In this document: in pieces, positions 48,929 through 59,791 of the stretch
Layout of the letters: each line of letters begins with the position of its first letter
How positions within the stretch are numbered: the stretch's first letter is position 1
Source of the DNA: Myxococcota bacterium
GTDB lineage: Bacteria; Myxococcota_A; UBA9160; SZUA-336
Assembly (NCBI GenBank): GCA_965247115.1
Contig: CBDFGR010000001.1
Span: forward strand, 64,001 to 128,000
Direction of reading: 5' to 3'
Length of the DNA: 64,000 bases
Translations under genes and position numbers: made by a program
Notes under the pieces: generated by a model
What the model was told of the DNA's origin: nothing
Databases searched by the model: none
Seen by the model: only the letters and a program-made list of their open reading frames with translations

Positions 48929-50080
48929 TTGCGCCACTTGGAGCAGATCGAGAAGCAGGAAGATGAGCTGCTCGCCCCCTATGCATCTCGATCCAGCCAG
49001 ACTCGGGGGAGGCTTCGCAGGGAGCCACCCCACCGCTACCGCACCGATTTTCAGCGCGATCGCGATCGCGTGCTCCACTCGCGCGCCTTCCGTCGCCTGC
49101 AGTTCAAGACGCAGGTGTTCCCCTTCCAGGTTGGCGACCACTTCCGGAATCGACTCACACACACGCTAGAGGTCGCGCAGATCGCGCGCACTGTGGCCCG
49201 GGCGCTCGGCGCGAACGAGGATCTCACCGAGGCCATCGTGCTCGCGCACGACCTTGGACACCCGCCGTTCGGACACGCTGGCGAGAAGGTTCTGGACGAG
49301 CTCTCGAGCTCCGTTGGTGGGTTCGAACACAACCGCCAGAGCCTGCGGATCGTGGACTTCATCGAGCGCCGCTCGGAGCACAACGTTGGACTCAACCTGG
49401 TGCACGAGACCCGCGCCGGTTTGCTGAAGCATGGCGCCGAGTACTCCCGCTATGACCACCCGGTTCCACTGCCCGAGCTGAGCTCGCAGCCCAGCGTGGA
49501 GGCACAGATCGCGAATCTCGCCGACGAGATCGCCTATCACAGCCACGACCTGGATGATGGCCTGCGCTCCGGACTCCTGGCTTGGGATGGCCTCTGCGGT
49601 CTCTCGCTCTGGCAGCGTGCACTCGAGGATGGCGCAGCGGAAGGGCCGGAAGACCAACTATTCCTGCGCTCGCGCGTGATTGTCCGCGTCATCGATCTCC
49701 TGGCCTCGGATCTCATCGAGACGTCCGCACGTCAGCTGGCCGCGAGCGGTGTGCGCTCGGCGCAGGACGTGCTGCGGGCAGAGGCCCCGGTCGTGAGCTT
49801 CTCGGACGAAGTGCGCCAGATGACGCGCGAGGTGGCGCGCTACCTGTTCGACAACTTCTACCGACACCGTGAGGTGATCCGGATGGTGGACGAGGCGGAG
49901 CGCATCCTGCGCGACCTGTGGACCGGCTATCGCGACGACCCACGCCGCATCCCCACACACGTGCGCGATATCGAGGGCGACACGATGGGGCGAGCGATGG
50001 CAGACTACGTGGCAGGTATGACGGATCGGTTCGCCATGGACGAGCATCGCAAGCTCTTGACTCCTCCCGCGCTTGTCTGA
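48929..50080 (+). CDS. dgt: Deoxyguanosinetriphosphate triphosphohydrolase (HD family)
   Basis: FQRDRDR, RLTHTLEV, HDLGHPPFGHAGE, DYVAGMTD. Confidence 0.95.
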   Translation: MRHLEQIEKQEDELLAPYASRSSQTRGRLRREPPHRYRTDFQRDRDRVLHSRAFRRLQFKTQVFPFQVGDHFRNRLTHTLEVAQIARTVARALGANEDLTEAIVLAHDLGHPPFGHAGEKVLDELSSSVGGFEHNRQSLRIVDFIERRSEHNVGLNLVHETRAGLLKHGAEYSRYDHPVPLPELSSQPSVEAQIANLADEIAYHSHDLDDGLRSGLLAWDGLCGLSLWQRALEDGAAEGPEDQLFLRSRVIVRVIDLLASDLIETSARQLAASGVRSAQDVLRAEAPVVSFSDEVRQMTREVARYLFDNFYRHREVIRMVDEAERILRDLWTGYRDDPRRIPTHVRDIEGDTMGRAMADYVAGMTDRFAMDEHRKLLTPPALV

Positions 50081-51221
50081 CTCCGCGCTCGAGAGGCTGC
50101 GCGAATCCTTGCCGGCGGAGCTCCGCGAGCGGCTCGCAACCGAAGAGCACGTGGATGCGTGGTTCGAGGCGGTGGGCGACGAGCTGCCGAGGGCATGGTT
50201 GCAGCTCGCGGGCGGTGAGCTCGAGCAGGTCGTGGAGCTGCTCGTCGAGGCCGGGCTCGAGTCGGCCCATGTGCTGCGCCGTCTCGACGAGCTCGCGCCG
50301 ACCAAGGCCGCCCGCAAGCTCGTTCGAGTGGCCATTCACCGCCTGAAGAGCCGCGGCATCGACGTGGAGCCGACACCGCGTGGGGTTACGCGGAGCGTGC
50401 TGCGCCCCGTGAGCGGGTCGCGAGGCTGGGGCCTCGCGACCCCCCCGGACGCGCTGGGTCGGCGTTCGCTGTTCCTGATTCTCCCGGTGCCCGGCGGCGT
50501 ACGCATGTACGAGATCGGGGTCTCCGACGTGGATGGCATTGCCCACCTGGAGGTCTTTCGGGCGAAGCGCCGGGATGCGCGGGCCTTCGGGCGGCGTCTG
50601 CGCGAGCGCGACGGTGTGTCCACCGTCGAGGTCGAGGCGGGCGAGCTGCGCGCGCTCGTTGCGCGATCGAAGGACTCTGCCGAGACTCACGTCGATCCGA
50701 AGCTCCTCGAGGAGGTGGTGAGAGATCCCGGCGGGGAGACCCCGGGCGAACGGCTGCGTCGCGAGCTGGCGCCCGCGGTGCAGGAGCTCGATGACCAGAC
50801 GGCGGATGAGCTCGTCGGCGCCGCAGTCCGGGCGGCCGAGCTGCAGGCGTGGCCGCCCGTGGGAGAGGCCGTTGACGGGCTCGCGGCGCGGATCGAGGCG
50901 ATCGAGCACAGCCCGCTGGTGCTGACCGGGCTGCAGCAGACCGAGCGCCGCATCGAGCTGATCCGGGAGTCCCGGGGCCGCGTGCTCGACTCGAGCTACC
51001 GAGAGCGCGTGGCAGTCCGCCTCGAGGAGTCCGCTGTCTTCCTGCGCGAGGCTGGCAAGCTCGAGACCGGGACCGCGGCGCTCCAGGTCGCGGGCCGGGT
51101 GCGTCACGCGGAGGATCCGCTCCACGTATCGTTCCTGGAGCTCATGCTGACCATCGCCCTGGACGCGGCTGCGAAGCGCGTCGACAAGCGCGACCCCACG
51201 CGTCTGATCGTTCCGCGCTGA
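50073..51221 (+). CDS. Hypothetical protein
   Basis: 382-aa ORF with genome-typical codon usage; overlaps dgt stop. Confidence 0.7.
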   Translation: MSDSALERLRESLPAELRERLATEEHVDAWFEAVGDELPRAWLQLAGGELEQVVELLVEAGLESAHVLRRLDELAPTKAARKLVRVAIHRLKSRGIDVEPTPRGVTRSVLRPVSGSRGWGLATPPDALGRRSLFLILPVPGGVRMYEIGVSDVDGIAHLEVFRAKRRDARAFGRRLRERDGVSTVEVEAGELRALVARSKDSAETHVDPKLLEEVVRDPGGETPGERLRRELAPAVQELDDQTADELVGAAVRAAELQAWPPVGEAVDGLAARIEAIEHSPLVLTGLQQTERRIELIRESRGRVLDSSYRERVAVRLEESAVFLREAGKLETGTAALQVAGRVRHAEDPLHVSFLELMLTIALDAAAKRVDKRDPTRLIVPR

Positions 51222-51259
51222 GCTCTGCACTGGAACCGGCCGGCCGGTAATGCAACCGT

Positions 51260-53848
51260 GTGTCCGGATCTTTGGCTAGGGCCTTGCGGACCGCCACCAT
51301 GGAGGATGATGTGAGACGACGGGGAGTCTGGCGTAGCCGACGGGGTGGGGGTGGTGCGAACCCATTGCTGGAGCGCCTGCAGCAGCTGAAGCGACTCGGT
51401 CTCTTCGATGTGCGAGCACTCGAGAGGCTTCCCGGAGTCCCCGAAGGAATCGAGCTCGGCTGCGGGCGTCGTGACGACCGTTCTCTGGCCATCGTCGCCA
51501 GCAATCGCGATGGCCTGGATCTACCCGGCTGGGCAGCCGTGGCAGCGCTGCGAGCCGAGGAAGATCAGCCCGTGCATGAGGTGATGATCGCGGCACCGCT
51601 ACTGGGCCCGCGAACGCGCCAGGCGGCGCGCCGCGCGAGCGAATCCGGACCCGCATTCCTGCTGCTCTCGGTGCCCGGGCTGGCCTCCGCGTCGCAGGAG
51701 ATCTTCGCCCTCGCATCTTCAAGCGGCGGACGCCTCGAAGCGCCGCTGGACCCGTCCTCTCCCGTCGTCACGCGAGTGGCTCGCGTGATCGAGGGTGCCG
51801 TGGCGGTCACGTCTTCCGGTGGGGTCCGGGCTACGAGCGACGGGCATGCCATCTATCTGCGCGGCGAGCGGGTCGGCGTGATCGTGCGCGAGGGCGAGGG
51901 TGCTGCGGTGACAATGCTGACGCCCGACCGACATCGCATTCACGTCACGGAGGGCAACTTCGCTCGCTGGGGTCCGGACCTGCACGAGATGATCGTCCAG
52001 CTCGCACAGGACCCCCGCTTGCTGGAGAGCGACGCCGCCGGGCACTCGCGCGCGTTCGAGCGAGAGGCGGAAAGGGTGGGGGCCCGTATCACGACTCGCT
52101 GGATCCCATGGAACGACGAGGGCAGCGATCCGCTCGACTGGGCAGGTGTGGACGCGTCAGGGCATGCCCTCCTCGGTGCCAGTGGAACGAGCCTTGGGCT
52201 CGCCGACGTCCCGCGACTCCGGGCCGGTCTGCACCTGCTCGAGGCGGAGCGCGAGCTTTGGGTGCCCGGCTCGAATGGCCCGCCCCGGCTCGCCACCGCG
52301 TACGACCAGGTGGACTCCGAGGCGCGTACCCTGCTGGGTTCCGCCCTCGTCGAGCGCGCGCCCGGACCCATGGACGAAGAGGCGGACGAGATCCAGGAGC
52401 CCAGACCCCGGCGGGGTCGGCGGCGCTCCCGGCGTAGGCGGCGCGGACGCGCGGAAGAGGGCGACCGCGAGGAGACGAGCCGCGCGGATGCCGAGGTCGA
52501 GGGTGCAGCCGACGAGTCTCCCTCCGTCTCCGATGACGTCGAGTCCGGATCCGGGTTCGACGTTCGCGAAGAGCCGGAGGCTGCGTTCGAAGAAGCCGAG
52601 GCGCCGCGAGAGGAGCCGCGCCGCTCGAGAAGTCGCCGCTCCCGAGGCCGGCGCGGAAGACCGGAGCGGGGCGCAGCCACGACCGAGCAGGCCGCCGAAC
52701 CGGCCGCGGCCAGGGACGCGGTCGAGCCACCAGAAGAGGAGTCCGAGCCTCTAGAAGCAGAGGCAGAACGACCGGTGGAAGTGGCTCTCGAGGCGCCGGA
52801 GACGGACGAGCAGCCTGAGGGCGTCGACCTCGAAATCGAGGCTGCCCTGGCGGAAGCCGAGGAGCCCGCCGCTGCGGAGGACGAGCCGGTCCTCCGGCGG
52901 CGCTCCCGCGCAGCGATCATCGTGCGCGACGAGCCGGACAGTGTCCTCGCCGCCCTGGTGCTCGCTCGCGAGCGGCGCAGTGTCGTCTCGTTCCGGGTCT
53001 GCCCGCAGGACGGGCTGATGGATTTCTTTCGCGGCCCCGCTACGGATATCCCAGAGAACACGGACGTGCTCCTGGTTGGCTTCACCTGCCATCCACACCC
53101 GACAGATACCCTCAACACCGCGGAGCTGTTCCGCGGGCGCCTGCGCTGGTTCGACCACCACGAGTGGGCGGTTGAGGACATGGAGCGGCTCCGCCGCGCG
53201 ATCGGAGAGGAGGCGACCCTGATCGTGGAGGGAGCGGCGAGCCCGCTCGCTGCCATTCTGCGCACGGCTGAGCGTCGGAGTCGGTTCACCGACAAGCTCG
53301 TTGAGCTCTCGGCGCGACGCCTGGCTGAGGGCGACATGGAGAAGTGGGGCTACCGGGTCATGGGGCTGGTCGACAAGATGGCGACCAAGCCCGGCGAGTA
53401 TCGCAACGAGATCTCTCCGCTGCTATCCGGAAAGCCCGGGGACCTGCCAAGCTCCGACTCGGTCTATCGCGAAGAGGCCGAGTGGGTGAAGGAGAACGAT
53501 CCCCGCATTGTCCATTTCGGCGAATATCAGCTTGCTGTAGTTCGGGTGCCGAACGGGCTCGATGCCGGTGAGGTGGGGCGGCGGGTGCGCATGAGTACTG
53601 GTGCGCGTCTCTCCCTTTCAAGCCGCGAGGGCGAGGACCTGCTGCTGATCGGCTGCAACGAGGAGAAGCGACCGATCAACGTGCTGGGTCTCGCGGACCA
53701 AGTCGGCGCACGCGTTTCGTGGGCGGAGACCAAGCCCGGAGGGGACCGGGTGGGTCGGATCCGCGTGGCGGAGCTCGACAGCCACCCCGACCGCATCGAG
53801 ACGCTGATCGGCGAGATCGTCCGCAACCGCTCCATCCTGTATGGCTAG
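51260..53848 (+). CDS. Multidomain protein: N-terminal alpha/beta region, acidic/Arg-rich disordered linker, C-terminal DHH-like domain
   Basis: DEPDSVLAA, WFDHHEW motifs; RRGRRRSRRRRR patches; start uncertain. Confidence 0.75.
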   Translation: MSGSLARALRTATMEDDVRRRGVWRSRRGGGGANPLLERLQQLKRLGLFDVRALERLPGVPEGIELGCGRRDDRSLAIVASNRDGLDLPGWAAVAALRAEEDQPVHEVMIAAPLLGPRTRQAARRASESGPAFLLLSVPGLASASQEIFALASSSGGRLEAPLDPSSPVVTRVARVIEGAVAVTSSGGVRATSDGHAIYLRGERVGVIVREGEGAAVTMLTPDRHRIHVTEGNFARWGPDLHEMIVQLAQDPRLLESDAAGHSRAFEREAERVGARITTRWIPWNDEGSDPLDWAGVDASGHALLGASGTSLGLADVPRLRAGLHLLEAERELWVPGSNGPPRLATAYDQVDSEARTLLGSALVERAPGPMDEEADEIQEPRPRRGRRRSRRRRRGRAEEGDREETSRADAEVEGAADESPSVSDDVESGSGFDVREEPEAAFEEAEAPREEPRRSRSRRSRGRRGRPERGAATTEQAAEPAAARDAVEPPEEESEPLEAEAERPVEVALEAPETDEQPEGVDLEIEAALAEAEEPAAAEDEPVLRRRSRAAIIVRDEPDSVLAALVLARERRSVVSFRVCPQDGLMDFFRGPATDIPENTDVLLVGFTCHPHPTDTLNTAELFRGRLRWFDHHEWAVEDMERLRRAIGEEATLIVEGAASPLAAILRTAERRSRFTDKLVELSARRLAEGDMEKWGYRVMGLVDKMATKPGEYRNEISPLLSGKPGDLPSSDSVYREEAEWVKENDPRIVHFGEYQLAVVRVPNGLDAGEVGRRVRMSTGARLSLSSREGEDLLLIGCNEEKRPINVLGLADQVGARVSWAETKPGGDRVGRIRVAELDSHPDRIETLIGEIVRNRSILYG

Positions 53849-54533
53849 CGGGCGCGGCGCCGACGCCCAGAGTCTGCTCGTCAAGGAGATCTATCGCTCC
53901 ATTCAGGGAGAGTCTAGCCTCGCGGGCTGGCCCTGCAGCTTCGTGCGGACGACCGGCTGCGACATTCGCTGCGTCTACTGCGACGAGGAGCACGCCTTTC
54001 GAGGCGGCGAGCGGCTGACACTCGACGAGATTGTAAAGCGCGTAGAGGCGCTGGAGGTGAGCGGGCTCGTGCCGGGACCCACGAGGCTCGTGGAGATCAC
54101 GGGGGGCGAGCCCCTGCTCCAGCGCGGCGTGCCCGAGCTGGCGCGACGTCTGCTCGACTCGGGCTGCGAGGTGCTGATCGAGAGCGGGGGGCACCGCGAC
54201 ATCACGGAGCTCGACCCCCGGACTCGACTCATCCTCGACGTCAAGACTCCTGGGAGTGGCATGGTCGAGCACAATCATCTCGAGAACCTGACGCGCCTCC
54301 GCGAGCGCGACGAGCTCAAGTTCGTGCTGTGCGACCGCACCGACTACGAATGGGCACGCTCGTTCCTGCGCGAGCACCCTCTAGATGCCCGGATCCCCGT
54401 GCACTTCTCGCCGGTCCACCCTGGCCTTGCGCCGGACGAGCTCTGCGCCTGGATCCTTGCAGACGGACTGCCCGTGCGGCTCAACCTGCAGCTGCACAAG
54501 TACATCTGGGGGTCTGACGCCCGCGGCGTCTAG
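53841..54533 (+). CDS. queE: 7-carboxy-7-deazaguanine synthase (radical SAM)
   Basis: SIQGES, CDIRCVYCD, TGGEPLLQ, DVKTPGS, QLHKYIW. Confidence 0.92.
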   Translation: MASGRGADAQSLLVKEIYRSIQGESSLAGWPCSFVRTTGCDIRCVYCDEEHAFRGGERLTLDEIVKRVEALEVSGLVPGPTRLVEITGGEPLLQRGVPELARRLLDSGCEVLIESGGHRDITELDPRTRLILDVKTPGSGMVEHNHLENLTRLRERDELKFVLCDRTDYEWARSFLREHPLDARIPVHFSPVHPGLAPDELCAWILADGLPVRLNLQLHKYIWGSDARGV

Positions 54534-54625
54534 TCTTGTGGGACCCGGCCGCGGGCGGCCGCGGCCACCCACCTTCGCTCAGGGCTACGCCCTTCGCTGC
54601 GCGCGGCGCGGTTCGCGCCGCTTGC
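54533..54625 (+). repeat. Three-hairpin GTGG-REP-like element, copy 2
   Basis: Same scaffold; hairpin 2 AGGGC tac GCCCT; hairpin 3 GCGGCGCG gtt CGCGCCGC. Confidence 0.93.
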
Positions 54626-54714
54626 TGGGTGCTCTTACTGGCGTGCGGCTGCCCACTCTCGCTTCTTTGTGGCACGCGTCTCGTGCGGCGTTTTCGCGGG
54701 GACGGCGGGGGGAG

Positions 54715-56600
<1,886 letters not shown>

Positions 56601-56715
56601 GGAGCGGCTGTTGCCGCGCGGCGCCGTATCGTAGCCGCGCCCAGCTGCAGGATCCATTATGTTCCGCCGCAGCGCCGCGTGAGGCGCCAGAACCCTCCCC
56701 CGTAGGAGCGAGCTC

Positions 56716-58209
56716 GTGGAATCTACCGAGGGACTCTTCGCCCAGCTCGAGAGCCTCTTCAACAGCGGTGTCGTGGGCCCCCTGGCCGGGGTGCTCTTCT
56801 GGGACCTGGCATTCTGGGATAACGCCGGCGCGGACACGATCCAGCTACCCATCGTTGTGGCCTGGCTGGTTTTCGGGGCGGTCTTCTTCACGCTGCGCTT
56901 CCAGTTCGTGAACTTTCGCGCCTTCCGTCACGCCATCGACTGCGTGCGGGGGGTCTACTCGCAGCCGGGCGAGACCGGCGAGATCTCGCACTTCCAGGCC
57001 CTCTCCGCTGCGCTGTCCGCCACCGTCGGCCTGGGCAACATCGCCGGGGTGGCGATCGCCGTCGGAGTCGGCGGGCCCGGGGCCGTCTTCTGGATGATCG
57101 TGGCTGGCTTCCTCGGCATGAGCTCCAAGTTCGCGGAGTGCACCCTCGGCCAGAAGTACCGCGTCGTGCGACCGGACGGTCACGTATCGGGCGGGCCCAT
57201 GCACTACCTGCGCGACGGTCTGGCGGAGCTCGGTCTGCCACGACTGGGAAGGGGCCTCGCCCTGATCTTCGCGGTCATGTGCGTGGGCGGGAGCTTCGGC
57301 GGCGGCAACATGTTCCAGTCGAACCAGTCGTATGCGCAGGTCGCGGTGGTGCTCCCGTTCTTGTCGGGAGAGCTAGGCGCAGCCGTCTTCGGTCTGCTGC
57401 TCGCCGTCCTGGTCGGGCTCGTGATCATTGGCGGGATCCGGCGCATCGGCGAGGTCGCTGGCTACCTCGTGCCCGTGATGTGTTCGGTCTACGTGGTCTG
57501 CGGCCTGTTGATCCTGATGGTGCACGCCACGTCGATTCCCGAGGCCTTCGGCATTATCTTGAGCCACGCCTTCTCGCTCGAGGCGGGCTTCGGGGGCTTC
57601 CTTGGTGTCCTGATCCAGGGCTTCCGCCGCGCGGCCTTCAGCAACGAGGCGGGCATCGGCTCGGCGTCGATCGCTCACTCGGCGGCGCGCACAGAGGAGC
57701 CGGTGCGAGAGGGCGTCGTCGCCCTGCTCGAGCCCTTCATCGACACGATCGTTGTCTGCACGATGACCGGCCTCGTGGTCGTGGTGACCGGCGCGTACGC
57801 GGATCCGGCTGCGGGCACGGGCATCCAGATGACTTCCTTCGCGTTCGCCAGCGTGCTGCCCTGGTTCCCGGTCGTGCTCTCGGTCACGGCGGTGCTCTTC
57901 GCGTTCAGCACGATGATCTCTTGGAGCTACTACGGGGAGCAGTGCTGGGCGCAGCTGTTCGGGCTGCGCTCGACCATCGTCTTCAAGGCCCTCTTCGTGC
58001 TGTGTACGTGGCTTGGTGCGATCTTCCAGGCGCAGGCGGTGCTGGATTTCGGAGACCTGATGGTCCTGGGGATGGCGTTTCCGAACATCACTGGGGTGCT
58101 GCTGCTGTCGGGAAAGATCAGGACGGATCTGGAGATGTATATGGAGCGCTTGAGGGCAGGGGGGTTCACCAGGTATCGGGACGCTGCGCCTGCGCTGGCT
58201 GGCGACTAG
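56716..58209 (+). CDS. Alanine/glycine:cation symporter (AgcS family)
   Basis: ATVGLGNIAGVA, GGPGAVFWM, GGPMHY, FSNEAGIGS. Confidence 0.95.
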   Translation: MESTEGLFAQLESLFNSGVVGPLAGVLFWDLAFWDNAGADTIQLPIVVAWLVFGAVFFTLRFQFVNFRAFRHAIDCVRGVYSQPGETGEISHFQALSAALSATVGLGNIAGVAIAVGVGGPGAVFWMIVAGFLGMSSKFAECTLGQKYRVVRPDGHVSGGPMHYLRDGLAELGLPRLGRGLALIFAVMCVGGSFGGGNMFQSNQSYAQVAVVLPFLSGELGAAVFGLLLAVLVGLVIIGGIRRIGEVAGYLVPVMCSVYVVCGLLILMVHATSIPEAFGIILSHAFSLEAGFGGFLGVLIQGFRRAAFSNEAGIGSASIAHSAARTEEPVREGVVALLEPFIDTIVVCTMTGLVVVVTGAYADPAAGTGIQMTSFAFASVLPWFPVVLSVTAVLFAFSTMISWSYYGEQCWAQLFGLRSTIVFKALFVLCTWLGAIFQAQAVLDFGDLMVLGMAFPNITGVLLLSGKIRTDLEMYMERLRAGGFTRYRDAAPALAGD

Positions 58210-58240
58210 AGGGCGGCGGTTCCTGGGTCGGGCTGTATAG

Positions 58241-58864
58241 TTGGTGCTGGTGAAGAAGGATCATGCCGGTGGGGGGCGGCAGCTGCTGGTGTACGAGCCG
58301 GATGGGCTCGTGTGCGAGCGGGTGCGGCAGATGGCTCGGGCGGAGGGGTTTCGCAGCTGCGGGGTGGACGACATCGGGCTGTTCCGGCAGCTCCAAGCCG
58401 AGGTCCCCTTCGAGCTGTTCGTGGTGGGAGTTCGCAGCCCTGAGGAGCTCGAGGAGCTTGACCTGCGCGAGAAGCTGCAGCCGCTCGTGCTACTCGCGCC
58501 GCTCTTCGAGCAGAGCTCGTCTACATATTATCGTGTCGCTCTTCCCGATGCGCTGCTCGTGGATCGAGGGCTCCGAGATCCCGACGCCATTCGGCGCGTG
58601 TTGGGAGTGCAACGAGTCCACAGGCCAGAGCAGCCCGAGGGCGACGCGGTGCGCCGCACCTTCGGACCCTTTGGATTGTCAGAGCGCCAGCTCGAGGTGC
58701 TGGGTCGTGCCCTCCTGGGTGAGACGAGTGCGGAGGTGGCGCGCAAGCTCTTCATCAGCGAGCTCACCGTCCGCAACCACCTTCACGCCATCTACGAGCG
58801 CATCGGCGTCAGCGGCCGCCGGGAGCTACTGGGCCGCTTCGTACAGGCTCTGATCGAGGCGTGA
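58241..58864 (+). CDS. LuxR-family HTH regulator with degenerate receiver-like N-terminus
   Basis: LSERQLEVL...LFISELTVRNHLHAIYERIGV; start uncertain. Confidence 0.85.
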   Translation: MVLVKKDHAGGGRQLLVYEPDGLVCERVRQMARAEGFRSCGVDDIGLFRQLQAEVPFELFVVGVRSPEELEELDLREKLQPLVLLAPLFEQSSSTYYRVALPDALLVDRGLRDPDAIRRVLGVQRVHRPEQPEGDAVRRTFGPFGLSERQLEVLGRALLGETSAEVARKLFISELTVRNHLHAIYERIGVSGRRELLGRFVQALIEA

Positions 58865-58871
58865 CTTGTGG

Positions 58872-58964
58872 GTCTTGTGGGACCCGGCCGCGGGCGGCCG
58901 CGGCCACCCACCTCCGCTCAGGCCGAAGGCCTTCGCTGCGCGCGCCGCGTTCCGCGGCGCTTGC
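58872..58964 (+). repeat. Three-hairpin GTGG-REP-like element, copy 3
   Basis: Same scaffold; hairpin 2 AGGCC gaa GGCCT; hairpin 3 GCGCCGCG ttc CGCGGCGC; preceded by duplicated CTTGTGGG. Confidence 0.93.
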
Positions 58965-59035
58965 AAAGGAGTCCGCGCGCTTGCGGGGGAGGTCCCGCGG
59001 GGCGCTTGCAAGGGTGGGGTGGTCGTGGCGGTGGG

Positions 59036-59791
59036 TTAGAGGAGTTTCAGGTACTCGATGAGTTGGTGGCGCTCGATGTCGTTGAGCTCGACGTCTGTTT
59101 CCCGGAGCATGGCGTCGGTGACGGACTCCAGGGTTGGCCAGCGGCCGTCGTGGCCGTAGGGAGGGGTGGAGGTGAGGCCGCGCAGGGTCGGGGTGTCGAT
59201 CTTTAGGCCCGTTCCCATGTCGTGGCGCTCGGGAAGTGTGAAGGCGGGGGCAGGGTGACAGTCATCGCAGGCCGCCTTCTTGTATACGGCGGCGCCCCGC
59301 CGGGAAGACAGTGTGGCCGGCTCTATGGGAGTGCCGTCGGGCTCGAGGCGGCCGCGGTCGAACGGCTCGAAGGCCAGCACGTAGGCCTCGAGCGCCGCGA
59401 GGTCGTAGTCGGCGAGGGTGGAGCCGCCCATCTCGATGGACAGCATGCGCTTCAGAGTGGAGCGGACGTCAGCGAGGCTGCCGTCCCACAGGTACGGTGG
59501 CGTCTGCCACAGGCCGCGCAGGGCGGGCACGTTGCGGGCGCCGGGAGTGCCGGGCTCGACCTCGACGCCGGCTCGGTAGGTGAGTCCGTTCGAGCCCCCG
59601 CCGGGATGGCAACTGGCGCAAGGGCGCTGGCCATCCGCCGAAGTGCGGGGATCCATGAAGACGAAGGCTCCGCGCTGCACGAGGTCCGGGTTGAGCGCGG
59701 GCGGCTCCAGCGGAACGATGGGCGGTGTCTCGCAGCCGACGAGCAGCCACGGGACCAGCAAGAGAAGTCTAGCTCTGCTCCAGCAGCGCAT
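59036..59791 (-). CDS. Di-heme cytochrome c lipoprotein (cytochrome c peroxidase/MauG-like, compact)
   Basis: Lipobox LVGC; CASCH and CDDCH; RNVPALRG...PYLWDGS and TPTLRG...PYGHDGR. Confidence 0.85.
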   Translation of the reverse strand: MRCWSRARLLLLVPWLLVGCETPPIVPLEPPALNPDLVQRGAFVFMDPRTSADGQRPCASCHPGGGSNGLTYRAGVEVEPGTPGARNVPALRGLWQTPPYLWDGSLADVRSTLKRMLSIEMGGSTLADYDLAALEAYVLAFEPFDRGRLEPDGTPIEPATLSSRRGAAVYKKAACDDCHPAPAFTLPERHDMGTGLKIDTPTLRGLTSTPPYGHDGRWPTLESVTDAMLRETDVELNDIERHQLIEYLKLL

